In this document: positions 47,728-60,140 of the stretch, in pieces
How positions within the stretch are numbered: position 1 is the first letter of the stretch
Layout: each line of letters starts with the position of its first letter
NCBI GenBank assembly: GCA_051942245.1
Contig: JAVECL010000007.1
Coordinates: forward strand, 62,001 to 126,000
Origin: Trypethelium eluteriae
Taxonomy: Eukaryota
Direction: 5' to 3'
Length of the DNA stretch: 64,000 bases
Notes under the pieces: generated by a model
The model's database searches: none
The model's input: the letters and a program-made list of their open reading frames with translations, nothing else
Told to the model about the DNA's origin: nothing
Position numbers and translations under genes: made by a program

Positions 47728-49128
47728 ATGGACACGGGAATTTCTATCGATTCATTGATCGCTCGGCTTCGTAGCATCCAGAAAGAAGTCCCAGGTGATC
47801 GGTATTCTCGTCGGAGATTGTACGATGCTACTCAGGCCATGGCAGCTGAGCTCGAAGATCCGATAGACTCAATTTACCGAATCGGCTTCGCTGTGTGTAG
47901 GTTCCCGCGTGCTGGCAGAAGAAGATTACTGACTATACGATAGCCTTTACAGCTAGCTATGGCTAAATTAGGTAGCAATCTTGGACTGTTCGAGCTTCTT
48001 CAGACAAGCCGTGTCCCGCTGAAGACGGATGTCCTTGCGGAAAAGACCGGAGTCGACTTTGTACTTTTGAGTAAGACAACTTTGTTCTTCTTATCACCGC
48101 AAAAGCTGAAGGCAGGGAAAGGACGTATCCTGCGTTATCTCGCGTCCGTAGGGATGATAGAAGAGACAGAAACCGATACTTTCGGGGCTTCTAAATTAAC
48201 GTCAAACCTGACAAATCCCCAAGCGAAGGCTAGTCTTGGATGGTTGTTAGTAAATGCATCTTTCTCAGAATATCACTCCGAGGCTGATTACCAACAGTCT
48301 TGATCTCTGCGCTCCAGCCCTCAACAAGATACCAGATTTCCTGGCGGCAACGAACTATCACAATCCATCAGATGGACTCAATTCAGCTTTTCATATGGGT
48401 CACGACACCACCGAACATCCATTCGCATTCATCATGAAGCATCCTTACCACCTGGAAAACATGAACAAGTGGATGAGTTTTCAGCGGGAAGGATGTAACC
48501 AGTGGTTAGATCGCTTCGATTTTAAAGCCGAAGTTTGCCATGGGGGCGACGTTGTGCCGGAAGAGCCACTGTTTGTCGATATCGGCGGTGGCATAGGTCA
48601 TCAATGTCGACTTTTTCAGGAAAGATTGCCTGACATTAGTGGTATAGGACGGATTATCTTGCAAGATCAGTCCCACGTGCTGGAGCAAGCTCTACCATTG
48701 CCAAACGCGCAAAAGATGTCTTACGATTTCTGGACACCACAGCCTGTGAAAGGCAAGCAAGCAAACACCAAACACGTTAATTTACAAGGGCTAAACGTTC
48801 AATAGGCGCAAGAGCGTACTACATGCGTGGTATCTTACATGACTGGGGAGATGCTCAATGCGTCGAGATTATCCGCCAAATCATTCCTGCTATGAGTACT
48901 AACTCAGTCCTCCTGGTCGATGAGATGGTGCTGCCAGAAGCAAGAGCACATTGGCTCGCCACTCACATGGATCTTGCGATGCTAGGACTAGCCGCGGCGA
49001 TGGAGCGTACAAAGAGACACTGGGAATCGCTGCTCGATGCTGCCGGCATGCGGATACTTGGAATCCACGAGTACAATAAAGAGTTCGGAGACAGCATTCT
49101 TGTGGCAGTGCCAAAGGTGATCAAATAG
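47728..49128 (+). CDS. SAM-dependent O-methyltransferase (COMT/OmtB-like), 5 exons
   Basis: RILRYLASVG, FVDIGGGIGHQC, ILQDQ, YDFWTPQPVK|GARAYYMRGILHDW and MERT. Introns 47893-47943, 48071-~48121, 48246-48297 and 48753-48805 (GC-AG). Confidence 0.93.
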
Positions 49129-49574
49129 AGCAAAGTCAGTGATATCTGGACATTTGACGTATGATATGTCGGTGCTCTCATATGTGAGACAAAATGTTTG
49201 CAAGTTTTCGATCAGTGATGTGAAGCATGCACAACATCAGCTATTGTAAAATCTGGCTTGAGTCGCATGTGGAGCTACGGTCTCACTTGTGCGGCTCCTC
49301 CGCCACCGTCTCTCTCCCGGTAAAAATTCTCTGCCGCAGTTTGAATCCATCCGCTGTACGCGTGTTTGTGGCTGCGAGTAGACTCTGTCAAGTCGCGCCA
49401 GCAAACCTCCGAGGTAAGACTGTCTTCGTACACGCTAGGCGCTTTATGATGCGATAGAAAAGAATATGAGATATGTGTCTTTGCTGGGAATCGTAGTTTC
49501 TGTACCTATTGTTCGGATGAGTCCTTGAACTTGTCCTGTTTCTAACAACTCCAATGCTGCCTGTAGAAATGTCT

Positions 49575-51736
49575 CTAGACGTTGGGCGATAATTCGTCAT
49601 ATTTTACACAATCCTCCACACTTTCGACTCCGGCTACTAAGAAGCTTCGCGCCTCCAATCCCGCCCACACCTTTAACATAGAGAAGTCGCTACTCTGTAA
49701 CATCGATTTACCGCCTGAAGTGCCTAATTGCCTTAAGATCGGAAGGGCGGCACTAAAGAGATCGATCCCAGGATCCAGCTGCCGTCCTATACCCTCTAGC
49801 AGCAAAATACTCAAAACCACATTCACAAAGTCCCCCTCAAGTCTCACATGATGAGTCCGGACCATGTCAAGGACCTCGCCTAATACATCACCAATCTTGA
49901 TGTTCCCCAAAGAGAAAGTTAATCGCTGTACTCCCAACACTAGATGATGCATCCGTTTGATGAACAACTGCTGGCCGATCACTTCCTCAGGATTCCGAGA
50001 TCGCTCAATCATGAGCTCAGCGCTCCGCCTCCCGTCGAACTCCGCCACGGATTTAAACAGGTCGAGGAAGTTTCTCCGATTGGCTGGAGACAGCTCGGTG
50101 ACAAGACCTGTATCTAAGAAGATCAAAGAAGGTCGATAGCCGTCGGTATCAATACGCGAAAGCTGTGCGCGCCAGGCGGACGAGTCATGTCGGTAGGGAC
50201 GCAAGCGGGAGAGGACTTCCTCGGTAACATCAATAGGAGCATTCTCGGCCGGGGAAGTGGGCGAGGTCGCCGGTTGGGAGAAAGTGTCTTGAGTGAAGGA
50301 GGGTAGAGAGGGGATGGAGTCAGCCGGAAGGAGAGATTCTGGTTTATAGAAGCGCACCATGATGTTACCGGGGTGGAGATCGGCGTGGATGAAATTGTCG
50401 ATGAGGAGCATGTGTAGAAAGGCGTCAAGACCTTCGTTGGCGATCTCCTTTTGGAAAACACCCCCACCGTTTGTCAGGAAGTCTTCGAGGGGGATTCCAT
50501 GCGCGAATTCCTCGACGAGGACTTGTCGTGTTGTATATTGGGTATACGGATACGGAAACCATGCAGTCGTCCGATCTCGGAAATGCTTGCGGAAGATTTC
50601 CAAGTTCGCAGCTTCGATGCGCAAGTCCAGTTGCAGACGCATCATTTCTCCAAATTGCGCGACCTCGTCTGGGAAAGAGAGCCATTCCATTGTCGGTATT
50701 GCATTGATGACGCTAGCAAAGAACCCCATAATCCGAAGATCTCTTCGTACAATTCGTTCAACGTTCGGATGTAAGACTTTGATTGCGACATATGAAGATG
50801 GGATCCGTGCTGGTGTACTCTTAAGGGCTATATCAACGTTCTTCCTTACTCTCTCCCTGAGATTTTGAGGTTGTTGGTTATCCGCCTCATCAGCCTGTGT
50901 CAGATTATGCTTCAATTTTCCCCTGTAGACTTGTGCAATTGCTCCCACACCCAAAGGCTTAGTGTCAAATTCTTCGAAGATCTCTTCAAACGGCCGTCCA
51001 TCAAATGCCTTCTCAATAGTCTTCTTCGTCTTCGCTAGCGAATGTGCGGGGGCATTCGAATGCAAGCTCGACATGATCGCACACATCTCCGTGGGAAAGA
51101 TATCCGTCCGGGAAGCCGCCCATTGCCCTAACTATCCCAAAGTCCCTCGTGTCAGCACTTCTGCCCCAATCACATACATCAGCCTGTGGCCGTGCATACC
51201 TTGATGAACGCCGCTCCAGCCCTCTCCATACTCCGTACCAGAAATCCATACCACCACAAACAGCCTTCCCGCTCCCCACCCCTCTCCTTGCGCCTCCGCC
51301 CCATGAAAACCACGGGAACTGACAGCAAGACCGGCACAAAAATCGTCACCAGATGTAGGAATCTCAACCCTGTGCAAATCGGCTCCCACACGTACACATC
51401 TAATACATAATACATCGCGCGGACCACCCGGGACGAGTGAGCGATGGGATCAGGAAGCGCGTCTCGGATCTCGGCGCGGGAGGCTTCCAGCATGTGTTCC
51501 TCGCCAGTCTTTCCATCGTGTAGGTCGGCTTCGGAAAGGGAGACAAAGGCGGCGGGACTGAGGGCGGCAAGGAGGGTCGTAGTGCCGCGGCCAGGCGGGG
51601 TGGGAGGTTTGTGGAAGAAAGCGCGACGAGAAAGTAGGTGATGGGGACGAGAGGTTGAGAACGTCCGACATGAAGGACAGCGGAGATAATTGCTAGCTCG
51701 GAGACACGAGCGTCGGAGAAAGAGCGCCGTCCTCAT
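49575..51736 (-). CDS. CQD1: Mitochondrial UbiB/ABC1 atypical kinase, ADCK2/Cqd1-like. Intron 51199-51132
   Basis: GAAFIK|LGQWAASRTDIF (KxGQ motif), PLGVGAIAQVY, VAIKVLHP, HADLHPGNI and FLDTGL. Confidence 0.88.
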
Positions 51737-52376
51737 GGTTTCCGTCGTTATCACCGCCACCCTTGTATTCTTAGTCGATCCATGGAGAAGTTATCGCGAT
51801 AATCAGCGGATGGCACGGGACGTGGGAGTGGCGTGCTTCTTAGTAGTGCTCGCTTTTCTTCGATCAAAGGGGCGTGCAAGTTTCAGAGGCTCGTCTGTCT
51901 CCAAACTGCGCGCGAGAAGGTACAACGGTGCAAGGGTGAAAATCGTGGGATGAGGTGTTGACTGAAGGATGAGAGAAAACTACCAGTGGTACCTTACGGA
52001 GTACGCCGACGTCATTGCCGAAAACGGGTTTAGATGGCCGTCTCGCCGCGGACCATGTGATAGTGATCACCTATACAATGTGCTACAAAGTCTTGTAGAT
52101 TCAGAATGTTGAAAGATCCCATTCATTCTAGCAATTGACACAATAAAGAGTACTCTATGCCTTCTTAGGCTTTTTTGATGTGATCATAAGTCCGAACAAC
52201 TCCCCCAACAATCTAGTCAGTCGTCCCCACTACCAGAGCTCCATTCAAAGTTCGTAGTCCGCGTGTACTGGGCGATATAACACATTAAATTTTGAACGAG
52301 TCATTCTCGGATCGTCTCAGAATATTGTCTACGTGAAGAATGCTCGCGTCTTATCGTTGCCTAGAAGTCAACATGG

Positions 52377-55300
52377 TTACGCCCCATCATATGGGCGATA
52401 TTGAGCGGTCAGTCTTTCTTCCTCACTCGGGGACATCGGACTGCCAGGTGGCGGCGGTCCCCTTGATGGCTGTTGTATCCCGTATGGATTCATCGTCCGC
52501 GCTGGAGCGGTCTGATAGGGGTTGTTTGATGCGGTTGACCCTGGGGAGATTGGGGACGCCATCAAAGGGTGTGGATATGGCTGACCAGCTTGCATCGTAT
52601 AACCTGGGCTTTGTTGCTGCGCAAAGCCACTTCGTCCATACTGATCCATCGCTGCTGCTTGCTGCTGCTGCTGCTGCTGAGCGGCATAGTCTGTAGCTGC
52701 AACGGGTGTTTGCTGATAAGATGCATTTGGTTCCGTAATAGTCGGTACACCAGGCCTTGAGGGGGGCTCATGACTAGGACGACGCTTGCCACTGGAGCTA
52801 GCTTTGCGCAGTAGACCACGTACCTCTTCAAAATCCTGGTGACGTTCTGCACTATTGCGTTCATCGAGAGTGTTATCCTCTTCGGCCCACAACTCGTCAC
52901 GAGTGATATCACGGCTAGGATCACGTTCATTGATGCCGTCGATAGCCCGACCTTCGCGACTGCGGAGAGATCCGGAGCCAACTTTACCACGGACGGAGCC
53001 ACCCATATAGTCTATACCAGTAGTAGAGGCGGCTTGGTTCTTAGGTTTATTCTTGGGTACGAGTCGAGCAGCATCTTGCTTGTCAAGGAAAGCTTGTCTG
53101 GTCTCTTCAGCTTCCATTGTAGAAACAGCCACAGAGTACGAAGGCTTGTCCTTGGTACCAAGGGTAGCGTCACCACCTGAAGGGCTATTGATTGGAACCT
53201 TTCGAAGAGCGAGGACAAGAGCGCACATGAATTTGGAGCGACGAGCGGCACGGATAGTCTCGTTCGCCCAGTTGCTCTTGTGCCTAATCTCAACCTGCAG
53301 TTGGAGTTTGTCCATCTCGTTGATATCAACTACCTCAATGTCAATATCAGGCTGGAAATCTCTGCTGTTCTCTTTGTCCCGAACAAAGTTCTGCAACTCG
53401 GCCTTCAGCAATTGAACATCCTCGAAGGAGGTACCGAAGTCCACATAGACTGGAAGTCGTTCTCTCATCGTACCACTGCGACTGACGTTTTCGACCCAAA
53501 GGGTATTTAAGACGATATGAGGAATTTGAACCAGTCGTCCTGTCTCGACCCTCTTGAAGACCGTGAACAGGAGGGAGATGTGCTCCACAGTCAGCTGTTC
53601 TTTGCTAACGTCGACACGGTCGCCAATGTCGTAAGGGTGTTTAACGAACAAGAAAATGCATGATCCGAGAATTTCTTGAGCGGTAGCGGAGAAAACGAAC
53701 GAGAGGGAGAGCAAAGCAGTACCTGTTGTTGCCAGAGTCGTCACAAAGCTCGTGTTCAAAAAGGCAACTAGGATATTGTCAGCTCAAGGTCTGTTTGACC
53801 GACAGCCATTCGCGCGGTTTAGGAAGAGAAGGGGCAGGGGACGATCGGGAAAGAAGAGAGGGAAAGCCTGTTGGGTGGATTTTGTGACTTCACTTACCCA
53901 TAACAAGAACTGCAACAGCAGCCACGACCACCATGAGCATTCTGTCAAGAACATTGATAGCCTGATCAACATCGTGCATGGAATTCGCGATAGACTTGCG
54001 CTCTCGGCCAATGGCGGTCACTGTGAGGATCATTTCGTCGAGACTGATGTCTCCATTTCCATCACGGTCGATCGCAAAAAAAGCATCCTCTGCCTCTTGC
54101 TCACGGTCGCGCCCGAGCACTTCTAGAAGATCATCTGGGTAGAGAGCATCTTTCCCCTCAACGACAAATGACATCCAGAGACGCCTGGCTAATGCTTCAG
54201 AAGATCGTGTCTTCTCGAGGGCTTCAACAACGATTGAATGTGCCGAGGTAGGGTCAAAGACTTTCTTTCCGGTAATCTCTTGGGCGTAGTGGCCAAAAGC
54301 AGCAGTGACTTTATCCCCAAACCGTCCAACATCTTGAACGAGTCGCATCGGTGTCGTCGATCCCGAACGCTGGTGACTCCCCTTTTTGCTACTGAGGCCA
54401 AGATTGATCTCAATGGAGTCATTAATGACGTAATCTTCCTCAGCGAATTCGGGACAGTAAGCCGGGAAAAGGGCTCGAGAGGCATCGTATAGTAGACCGA
54501 GCAGGAAGACTTGATGTTTGTTGTCCTTGATCTTGGCGTTGAACTGTTTGCGGTGATAGTTGATACTGATCAGCTGGATGATCAGCTTCTCGACCAAGAA
54601 CACAATAGTTGCCACAACGATAGCAGCTAGGATTTGCGTGACAATTGTCACCCAGTGCCCTGGGGCTTTGGCACCTGGTTTTCGTTGATCGGGGTTCCGC
54701 TGCATGATAGGTGCAAAGGTTGCCAAGCTGGTAACAGCCCATCCAACGAGAGCCAGGGGAAATTCGAGTGCAGAGAGAACCAATGCATATTTACGAGTAC
54801 CAGAGCTAACGACACCGGCGCCAAACTTGAAAACGGCCGGAAGCCAATGGGCGACAATCTTTGCGACCCAGAGAGACAACCAAACTTCAAAGTAATTAGC
54901 GTTGGCAATGTTGAGGTATGTGTATGGCGACTCACCGATTTCAACCCAGCTGAAGAACCATACGATCCGAACCTCAGCAATTTTAGCACCTTTGGCCGCT
55001 GTAGCACCAATGATGATAGGAATAGCGATAATTAAGCCCAGGGGGAGGACATAAAGAAAGTAACGGGTGACAATACTAAAGTCGGCAATCTTCTTATAGA
55101 TCTTTCCCATGGTGGTGATAGTATCTTCTTCGCCATCATATCCTACATGCCCTGTGGGCTTGGCATTGTGCTCTTTCTTATGCCTCCGTCCACCAAACCG
55201 ACTCTTTTTCTCAGACTTCTTTTCATTATAATTGTTCTTCTCGGCTGTAGGTGACTTGACCAGATTGTTACTCGAGCCATTGGTCGTGACAGGGTGGAGG

Positions 55301-55440
55301 GGAATGTCAATTGTGGCGTCGTTAGGATTGCCCCGTTGCATATTGTTGGTACCTTGGCTACCAAGACCTAGGTAGCCTTGTCGAGAGTGGCGGGTGGAGT
55401 TTCTTTTAGGATTCTTTGCGGATTGAGCAACTCCGCTCAT
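52377..55440 (-). CDS. MscS-like mechanosensitive channel with EF-hand (Msy1/Msy2 type), 3 exons
   Basis: TM helices, EF-hand DRDGNGDISLDE and MscS motif FLFVKHPYDIGDRV. Introns at approx. 54935-54888 and 53897-53768. Confidence 0.92.
52651..52680 (-). repeat. Coding CAG/GCA microsatellite encoding the polyQ-polyA tract of the MscS-like C-terminal tail
   Basis: Plus strand gctgctgcttgctgctgctgctgctgctga, protein AAQQQQQQQAAAM. Confidence 0.85.
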
Positions 55441-56837
55441 AACAGGAATCGTCCAGACCGTGATCTACGCGGTCGCTCGAATGAAATGGCGAGTACTGGA
55501 CCAGCCTAGATTATCGGTGGTGCATTCAATCAAGAATGGGGAATGCCTGGCGTAAGGAAATTGGCTGGGACGAGGTTACAGAATTTAGGAAAATGTCGAG
55601 AACATGTGATGAAACAACCAGGGAGGAACTCAGATGGAAGCTCTAATAATTTGCTGGCCTCGGTAAAAGAGAGTAGTAGAGAGCCGAGTGCTCTACAAAG
55701 CCAGGATGACGAAAAAAGGAGTGTAAATAAGCGACCCCAAGTTGTTGGGAGGCAGAATGCTGCAATATGAGACTTGACGAATACGTAGTAGACAAAAGTG
55801 TAGAAACGAGAGTAATGTCAGGACGGTGCTGGGACGCAGCGTGTAGGAGGAAGGGGGGGAAAAGGAGGATGGTCGGGCAAAGAAAATGGTGGGAGTAATT
55901 CGTTGGCCTCAGCCGGCAACGGCACCTACTCTAACTAATCTAATCTGCACTCAGGCACCGCAGGTACCCGTGAGCTCCTGACACACGCTAAAAGACGCCG
56001 CATCGCGCCTTACCACGCCTTCGACGCCCTTCACCAAGTCCTTTACGCCTTTTCGCCTCTTCTTGCCTGCTCGCGATTGCACTTTTCTCCGGATGAGAGC
56101 GAGTCTTTGCTTACCGTTTGAAAACTCTCAACACGACTTGTGCTTGTTGCTGTCTTTCGAGGTCAACCCGATTTAGCTAAAGTTTCGCACTGTCCCCTCA
56201 ACACTTCCCACTCGGTGCAGTCATCCAGTGTTGCCACGCGTGCCACACTCTCTGCTACTGATCGCTGCCGACGTGGAGCATTTTCCCCTGCAGGATCAAC
56301 GCCGGGGCTCGGCCTGGGCCTTCCGATACTATTTTGATAAGGTGATTGCTCACGGCCCTCGCCGAACTCCCAGGTTTTTGAGGTTTTTGAGTGGGCAGTA
56401 AAGACGTTGGCGAAATTAAAATCAAGTATTATTACATTTTGCACCCTTTGTAATCGAGGTGAACACACAGGTCCTGTCGCACTCCCTTGGATTGCTGCAC
56501 CAGTACCCGTAGGTGGCTTCTCGTAGCTCTCTGTAAACTCTTTCGCTTCTCTACAAGCTATTCCTGAAACACCACCTCCCGTTTCAGTTCTCCGAAAGAG
56601 CTCGTCTACGTAGCACCCATGCTTCATCACGTCGGACCTCTAAGAGTGTTTCCTACTCTCGTGGTATCGCCCTTTACCACCACACCCAGTCTTCTGGTTC
56701 TTGAAACACTGAGGGGTACACCCAGGACTACTTTCAGTCCTGTCTCAGACTTCTCCAAAAATCCGACTCGTCATAACATTGGCACGTGTCATCCTTTCGC
56801 CCCGTGAGCCGGTCCCAACAACACGCTCCCTAGGTAC

Positions 56838-58295
56838 TCAACTCTTCACGCTCACAATCCACCCATCCCCGCATACTTGCCCTTTCTCATCCACGCCCCC
56901 CCAAACCACCACGCTTCCTCCATCCACCTCGCTAGCCTTCGCCGCCGCAAATCGCATTCGCTTGCCAAACCCCCGCCCTGCTTGTCCTTCCTGTACCATC
57001 TTCACCTCTCCGTCCAAATACTTGACTTCCGCCCACTTGCCCTCTGCCGAATCGCTCCTCAGCGCCTTCCTCGCAACGTCCTTAGCCCCTGCCGCCGTCG
57101 CGCTCTCGGACGGTAGCTGGTATGCAAACGCGTCTCCGTGAGGAACGAGCTCGAGTTCCGCAAATTGGGTCGACGAGGCGTTAAGGGGACTCGCGGCGGA
57201 GGGTGAGGCGCTGGTACTGTGCCCACCAAGGGCGAGCAGGTAAGTTCGGCCTTGGCCTGTTGTAACAGGAATGAGGCTTGCCGCGCTGCGAGGTGTAGGG
57301 GACGTGGACGGTGATTTTGAGGTCGCGTCTTGCCAGTCGCTAGACGCGGCGCTCAAGATGGAGCAAGGAGTAAAAGTAGAGGCAGCGTTGTCCTGAGTCG
57401 ATGCTGGAGGAGGCGAGCTTTTGGCTTCGAGGTCCAGCGTTCGCATGTGGAGAAGATCGCCACTGTTGGTTCGGCCAAAGCATGAGTAAAGCTTAAGCTC
57501 GTTGTCATCAAGAGCTAGGCTTGAAGAGTAGCATGCTAAAGCTGGGTCATCCTGGGGAGGTGGCAGCGGGGACCAGGTGCGACTACGAATATCAAATGCC
57601 CAGCAATCATTGAGAAGAGTACCACCCACGCTATTCCCACAAGATACAACGATTGTGCCTCTATGACTAGGATCAAGGGGCTCGGGTACAACGTTCGCAG
57701 GATCCGGAGGGAATTGAGGGGCTGTATCATGATCCGTGGGCATCGTTGAAATCTCAGGCTGCACCGAAGCAGCTATAGCAAAGTTGTATCGAGGTGGAGG
57801 CTTTGGAGATTGTGCAATAGGTTGAAGGCAGGACCACATGCTCGTTTTAGTACTGAACATCCAGACTCGACCATCCTCTTCAAGGGGCTCTGTAGACGAA
57901 GAACTGGTGCGTCCACCAAGCATGTAGAAACAGTCATCGATTGCCACAGCCGCATGATCTATTCGTTCTTCAGGTACTCTTCCATCTTCTTCCGCAGGTC
58001 TTGCCTCCACAGTCTTTTGGTCGGCGCTTTCGCCTACATCCGATGTTGGTAATTCGACGAGTTGGACATCGTTCGTCGCTCTCGTTCCCGGCGCGCTCTC
58101 TCCGCCGAATATGTATGCTCGATTTTTTATGACCACTATTGAATGAGAAGTTCGTGCAACTGGTACCGTAGTGATTTTTTCGAAGGAGAGTTGCAAAGGC
58201 AATGTGGGGTCATAAAGTCCCTTAGCTGCCAGTACAACGCCCTCAGCGAGCGTTTCTACTCCGTAAAGAGCTGCTGCAACAGCTGATTCGGCCAT
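56838..58295 (-). CDS. Kelch-repeat protein (nitrile-specifier/Kel-like), intronless
   Basis: 485-aa ORF with kelch motifs RTSHSIVVIKNRAYIFGGE, RIDHAAVAIDDCFYMLGG, LNDCWAFDIRSRTWS and VVVWGG. Confidence 0.85.
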   Translation of the reverse strand: MAESAVAAALYGVETLAEGVVLAAKGLYDPTLPLQLSFEKITTVPVARTSHSIVVIKNRAYIFGGESAPGTRATNDVQLVELPTSDVGESADQKTVEARPAEEDGRVPEERIDHAAVAIDDCFYMLGGRTSSSSTEPLEEDGRVWMFSTKTSMWSCLQPIAQSPKPPPRYNFAIAASVQPEISTMPTDHDTAPQFPPDPANVVPEPLDPSHRGTIVVSCGNSVGGTLLNDCWAFDIRSRTWSPLPPPQDDPALACYSSSLALDDNELKLYSCFGRTNSGDLLHMRTLDLEAKSSPPPASTQDNAASTFTPCSILSAASSDWQDATSKSPSTSPTPRSAASLIPVTTGQGRTYLLALGGHSTSASPSAASPLNASSTQFAELELVPHGDAFAYQLPSESATAAGAKDVARKALRSDSAEGKWAEVKYLDGEVKMVQEGQAGRGFGKRMRFAAAKASEVDGGSVVVWGGVDEKGQVCGDGWIVSVKS

Positions 58296-58461
58296 TTCAA
58301 TGCAAAAGAGTCATCAAATGCTAGGGATTAAAAGAAGCACAGGTGTCGGCTGAGTGTGGAGAACTGGCTGCTGTAAAGCTGTCACCCTGTGATGTCATTT
58401 CCAACCTCCTAACTGTTTACCCAACAATTTGGCACAGACCTCTTCAATTTGGTCTTCAGCC

Positions 58462-59847
58462 ATGACCGGAAAGTCGCGATGGACCGATGACAAGGATGAC
58501 GCTGTCGTTGCTGCTCAGCGAAAAAAAGAGAGGGAAGAAAAGAAGCGTGCCAAAGCTGAGAAGCAGCGCAGAATCGAAGAGGCACAACTAAGGCATCAGA
58601 ACGAAGCACGCCCAGGATCGACGCCAAATGGCCACGAAGACTCCGACCGACCAGCAAAGAGACGGAAAGTCACACCTGGCGCGGATGAGCAGCATGGCGA
58701 GTCTCAGCCGCGCGAATTGCTCCGCTTTGATGCTTCAGGCTGGGGACCTTGTAGGCATGTGGACAATTTCGAGCGATTAAATCACATTGAGGAGGGCTCC
58801 TATGGCTGGGTATCGCGAGCAAGAGAAACGGCTACAGGTGAGATTGTCGCCCTGAAGAAGCTTAAGATGGACAATCTCAACGATGGCTTCCCGATTACGG
58901 CCATGCGGGAAATCCAGACCTTGATGCAAGCGAGTCATCTCCACATCGTCGAGCTTCGTGAAATTGTCGTCGGCACTAGTCTTAACGACGTTTTCATGGT
59001 CATGGAATTCCTTGAACACGACCTCAAGACACTCCAAGAAGACATGTCCGAGCCCTTTGCGCCTTCCGAGCTCAAAACCATCCTCCTCCAACTCACTTCT
59101 GCTGTCGCTTACCTGCACTCTCACTGGATTCTTCATCGCGACCTCAAAACCTCCAACATTCTTATGAACAATCGTGGGGAGATTAAGGTTGCTGATTTTG
59201 GCATGGCACGCTTCACAGGTGATCCTCCACCAGCCCTCACTCAACTCGTCGTTACGCTTTGGTACCGGGCTCCAGAGCTGCTGTTAGGTACGACAACGTA
59301 CGATTCCGCTATCGACATGTGGAGCCTCGGTTGCATCTTCGCTGAGCTCCTAACCAAGGAACCGCTCTTTCAGGGAAGCCGGGAGCTCGACCAGTTGCTC
59401 AAAATCTTCGATCTGCTCGGCCCACCAACCACGGAGTCCTGGCCCACGTTTCGTCGCCTGCCGAACGCGCGCGCAATGAAGCTACCTCCATCTCCTTCTC
59501 CTCATCTATCTCCTCAGCAATCTCTACGCAGGAAATTCCCTATCTTAACGGGCTCGGGGGTGTCCCTCCTTGCATCGCTTCTGTCGCTAAATCCCGAGCA
59601 CCGGCTTACTGCCGAAGAGACCCTACAGCATGAATACTTTCGCGATGAGCCTCGACCAAAGTCGAAGAGCATGATGCCGACGTTTCCAAGTAAGGCAGGT
59701 CAGGAGAGGAGAAGACGGCGGGCAAGTCCGAATGCTCCACAAAGAGGTGACGCGCCGAAGATTGACGGAAACATGGATTCAGGAGGCATATTTGGAAGAA
59801 GAGAGGATATCGAGGGAGGAGCTGGATTTCAGCTGAAGATGGGATGA
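58462..59847 (+). CDS. CDK10/CDK11 (PITSLRE-like, Ppk23/NpkA type) protein kinase, intronless
   Basis: IEEGSYGWV, ALKK, GFPITAMRE, EHDLK, HRDLKTSNIL, DFG, VVTLWYRAPELLLG and MPTFPSKA. First ATG at 58462. Confidence 0.92.
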   Translation: MTGKSRWTDDKDDAVVAAQRKKEREEKKRAKAEKQRRIEEAQLRHQNEARPGSTPNGHEDSDRPAKRRKVTPGADEQHGESQPRELLRFDASGWGPCRHVDNFERLNHIEEGSYGWVSRARETATGEIVALKKLKMDNLNDGFPITAMREIQTLMQASHLHIVELREIVVGTSLNDVFMVMEFLEHDLKTLQEDMSEPFAPSELKTILLQLTSAVAYLHSHWILHRDLKTSNILMNNRGEIKVADFGMARFTGDPPPALTQLVVTLWYRAPELLLGTTTYDSAIDMWSLGCIFAELLTKEPLFQGSRELDQLLKIFDLLGPPTTESWPTFRRLPNARAMKLPPSPSPHLSPQQSLRRKFPILTGSGVSLLASLLSLNPEHRLTAEETLQHEYFRDEPRPKSKSMMPTFPSKAGQERRRRRASPNAPQRGDAPKIDGNMDSGGIFGRREDIEGGAGFQLKMG

Positions 59848-60140
59848 GGAGGCTAATGAACATGTCTGGCCAGGTGCGGAACGTTTTGGAAGAAAGCGCT
59901 ACGTCCATAGTTACGGACGGATATGCCGAAGTGTGAGCTGCATGCCCATTGACACCACCCATTCTGGCGTGCTGTTCAGTTGTGGTAAATATACACAGTT
60001 AATGAAAGAATCAATTAATCAGTGAAAACCACCTTTCCAGGCAGTCTTGCGCTTAGCAAACAAAATTAAACAGCGTGGACACCTAGGCATCGTAAACCAC
60101 AGCGATCCTCATCTTCTTTATGATTTTGATACATCGCAGT

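Noticed and set aside
56163..56630. 155-aa minus-strand ORF between the MscS-like and kelch genes
   Set aside because: No recognisable motif or convincing splice structure. It lies where the kelch 3' UTR and MscS promoter are expected.
58296..58461. Very short (166 bp) head-to-head spacer between the kelch and CDK11-like genes
   Set aside because: Compact divergent pairs are common in this window and in fungi. Nothing points to a functional link.
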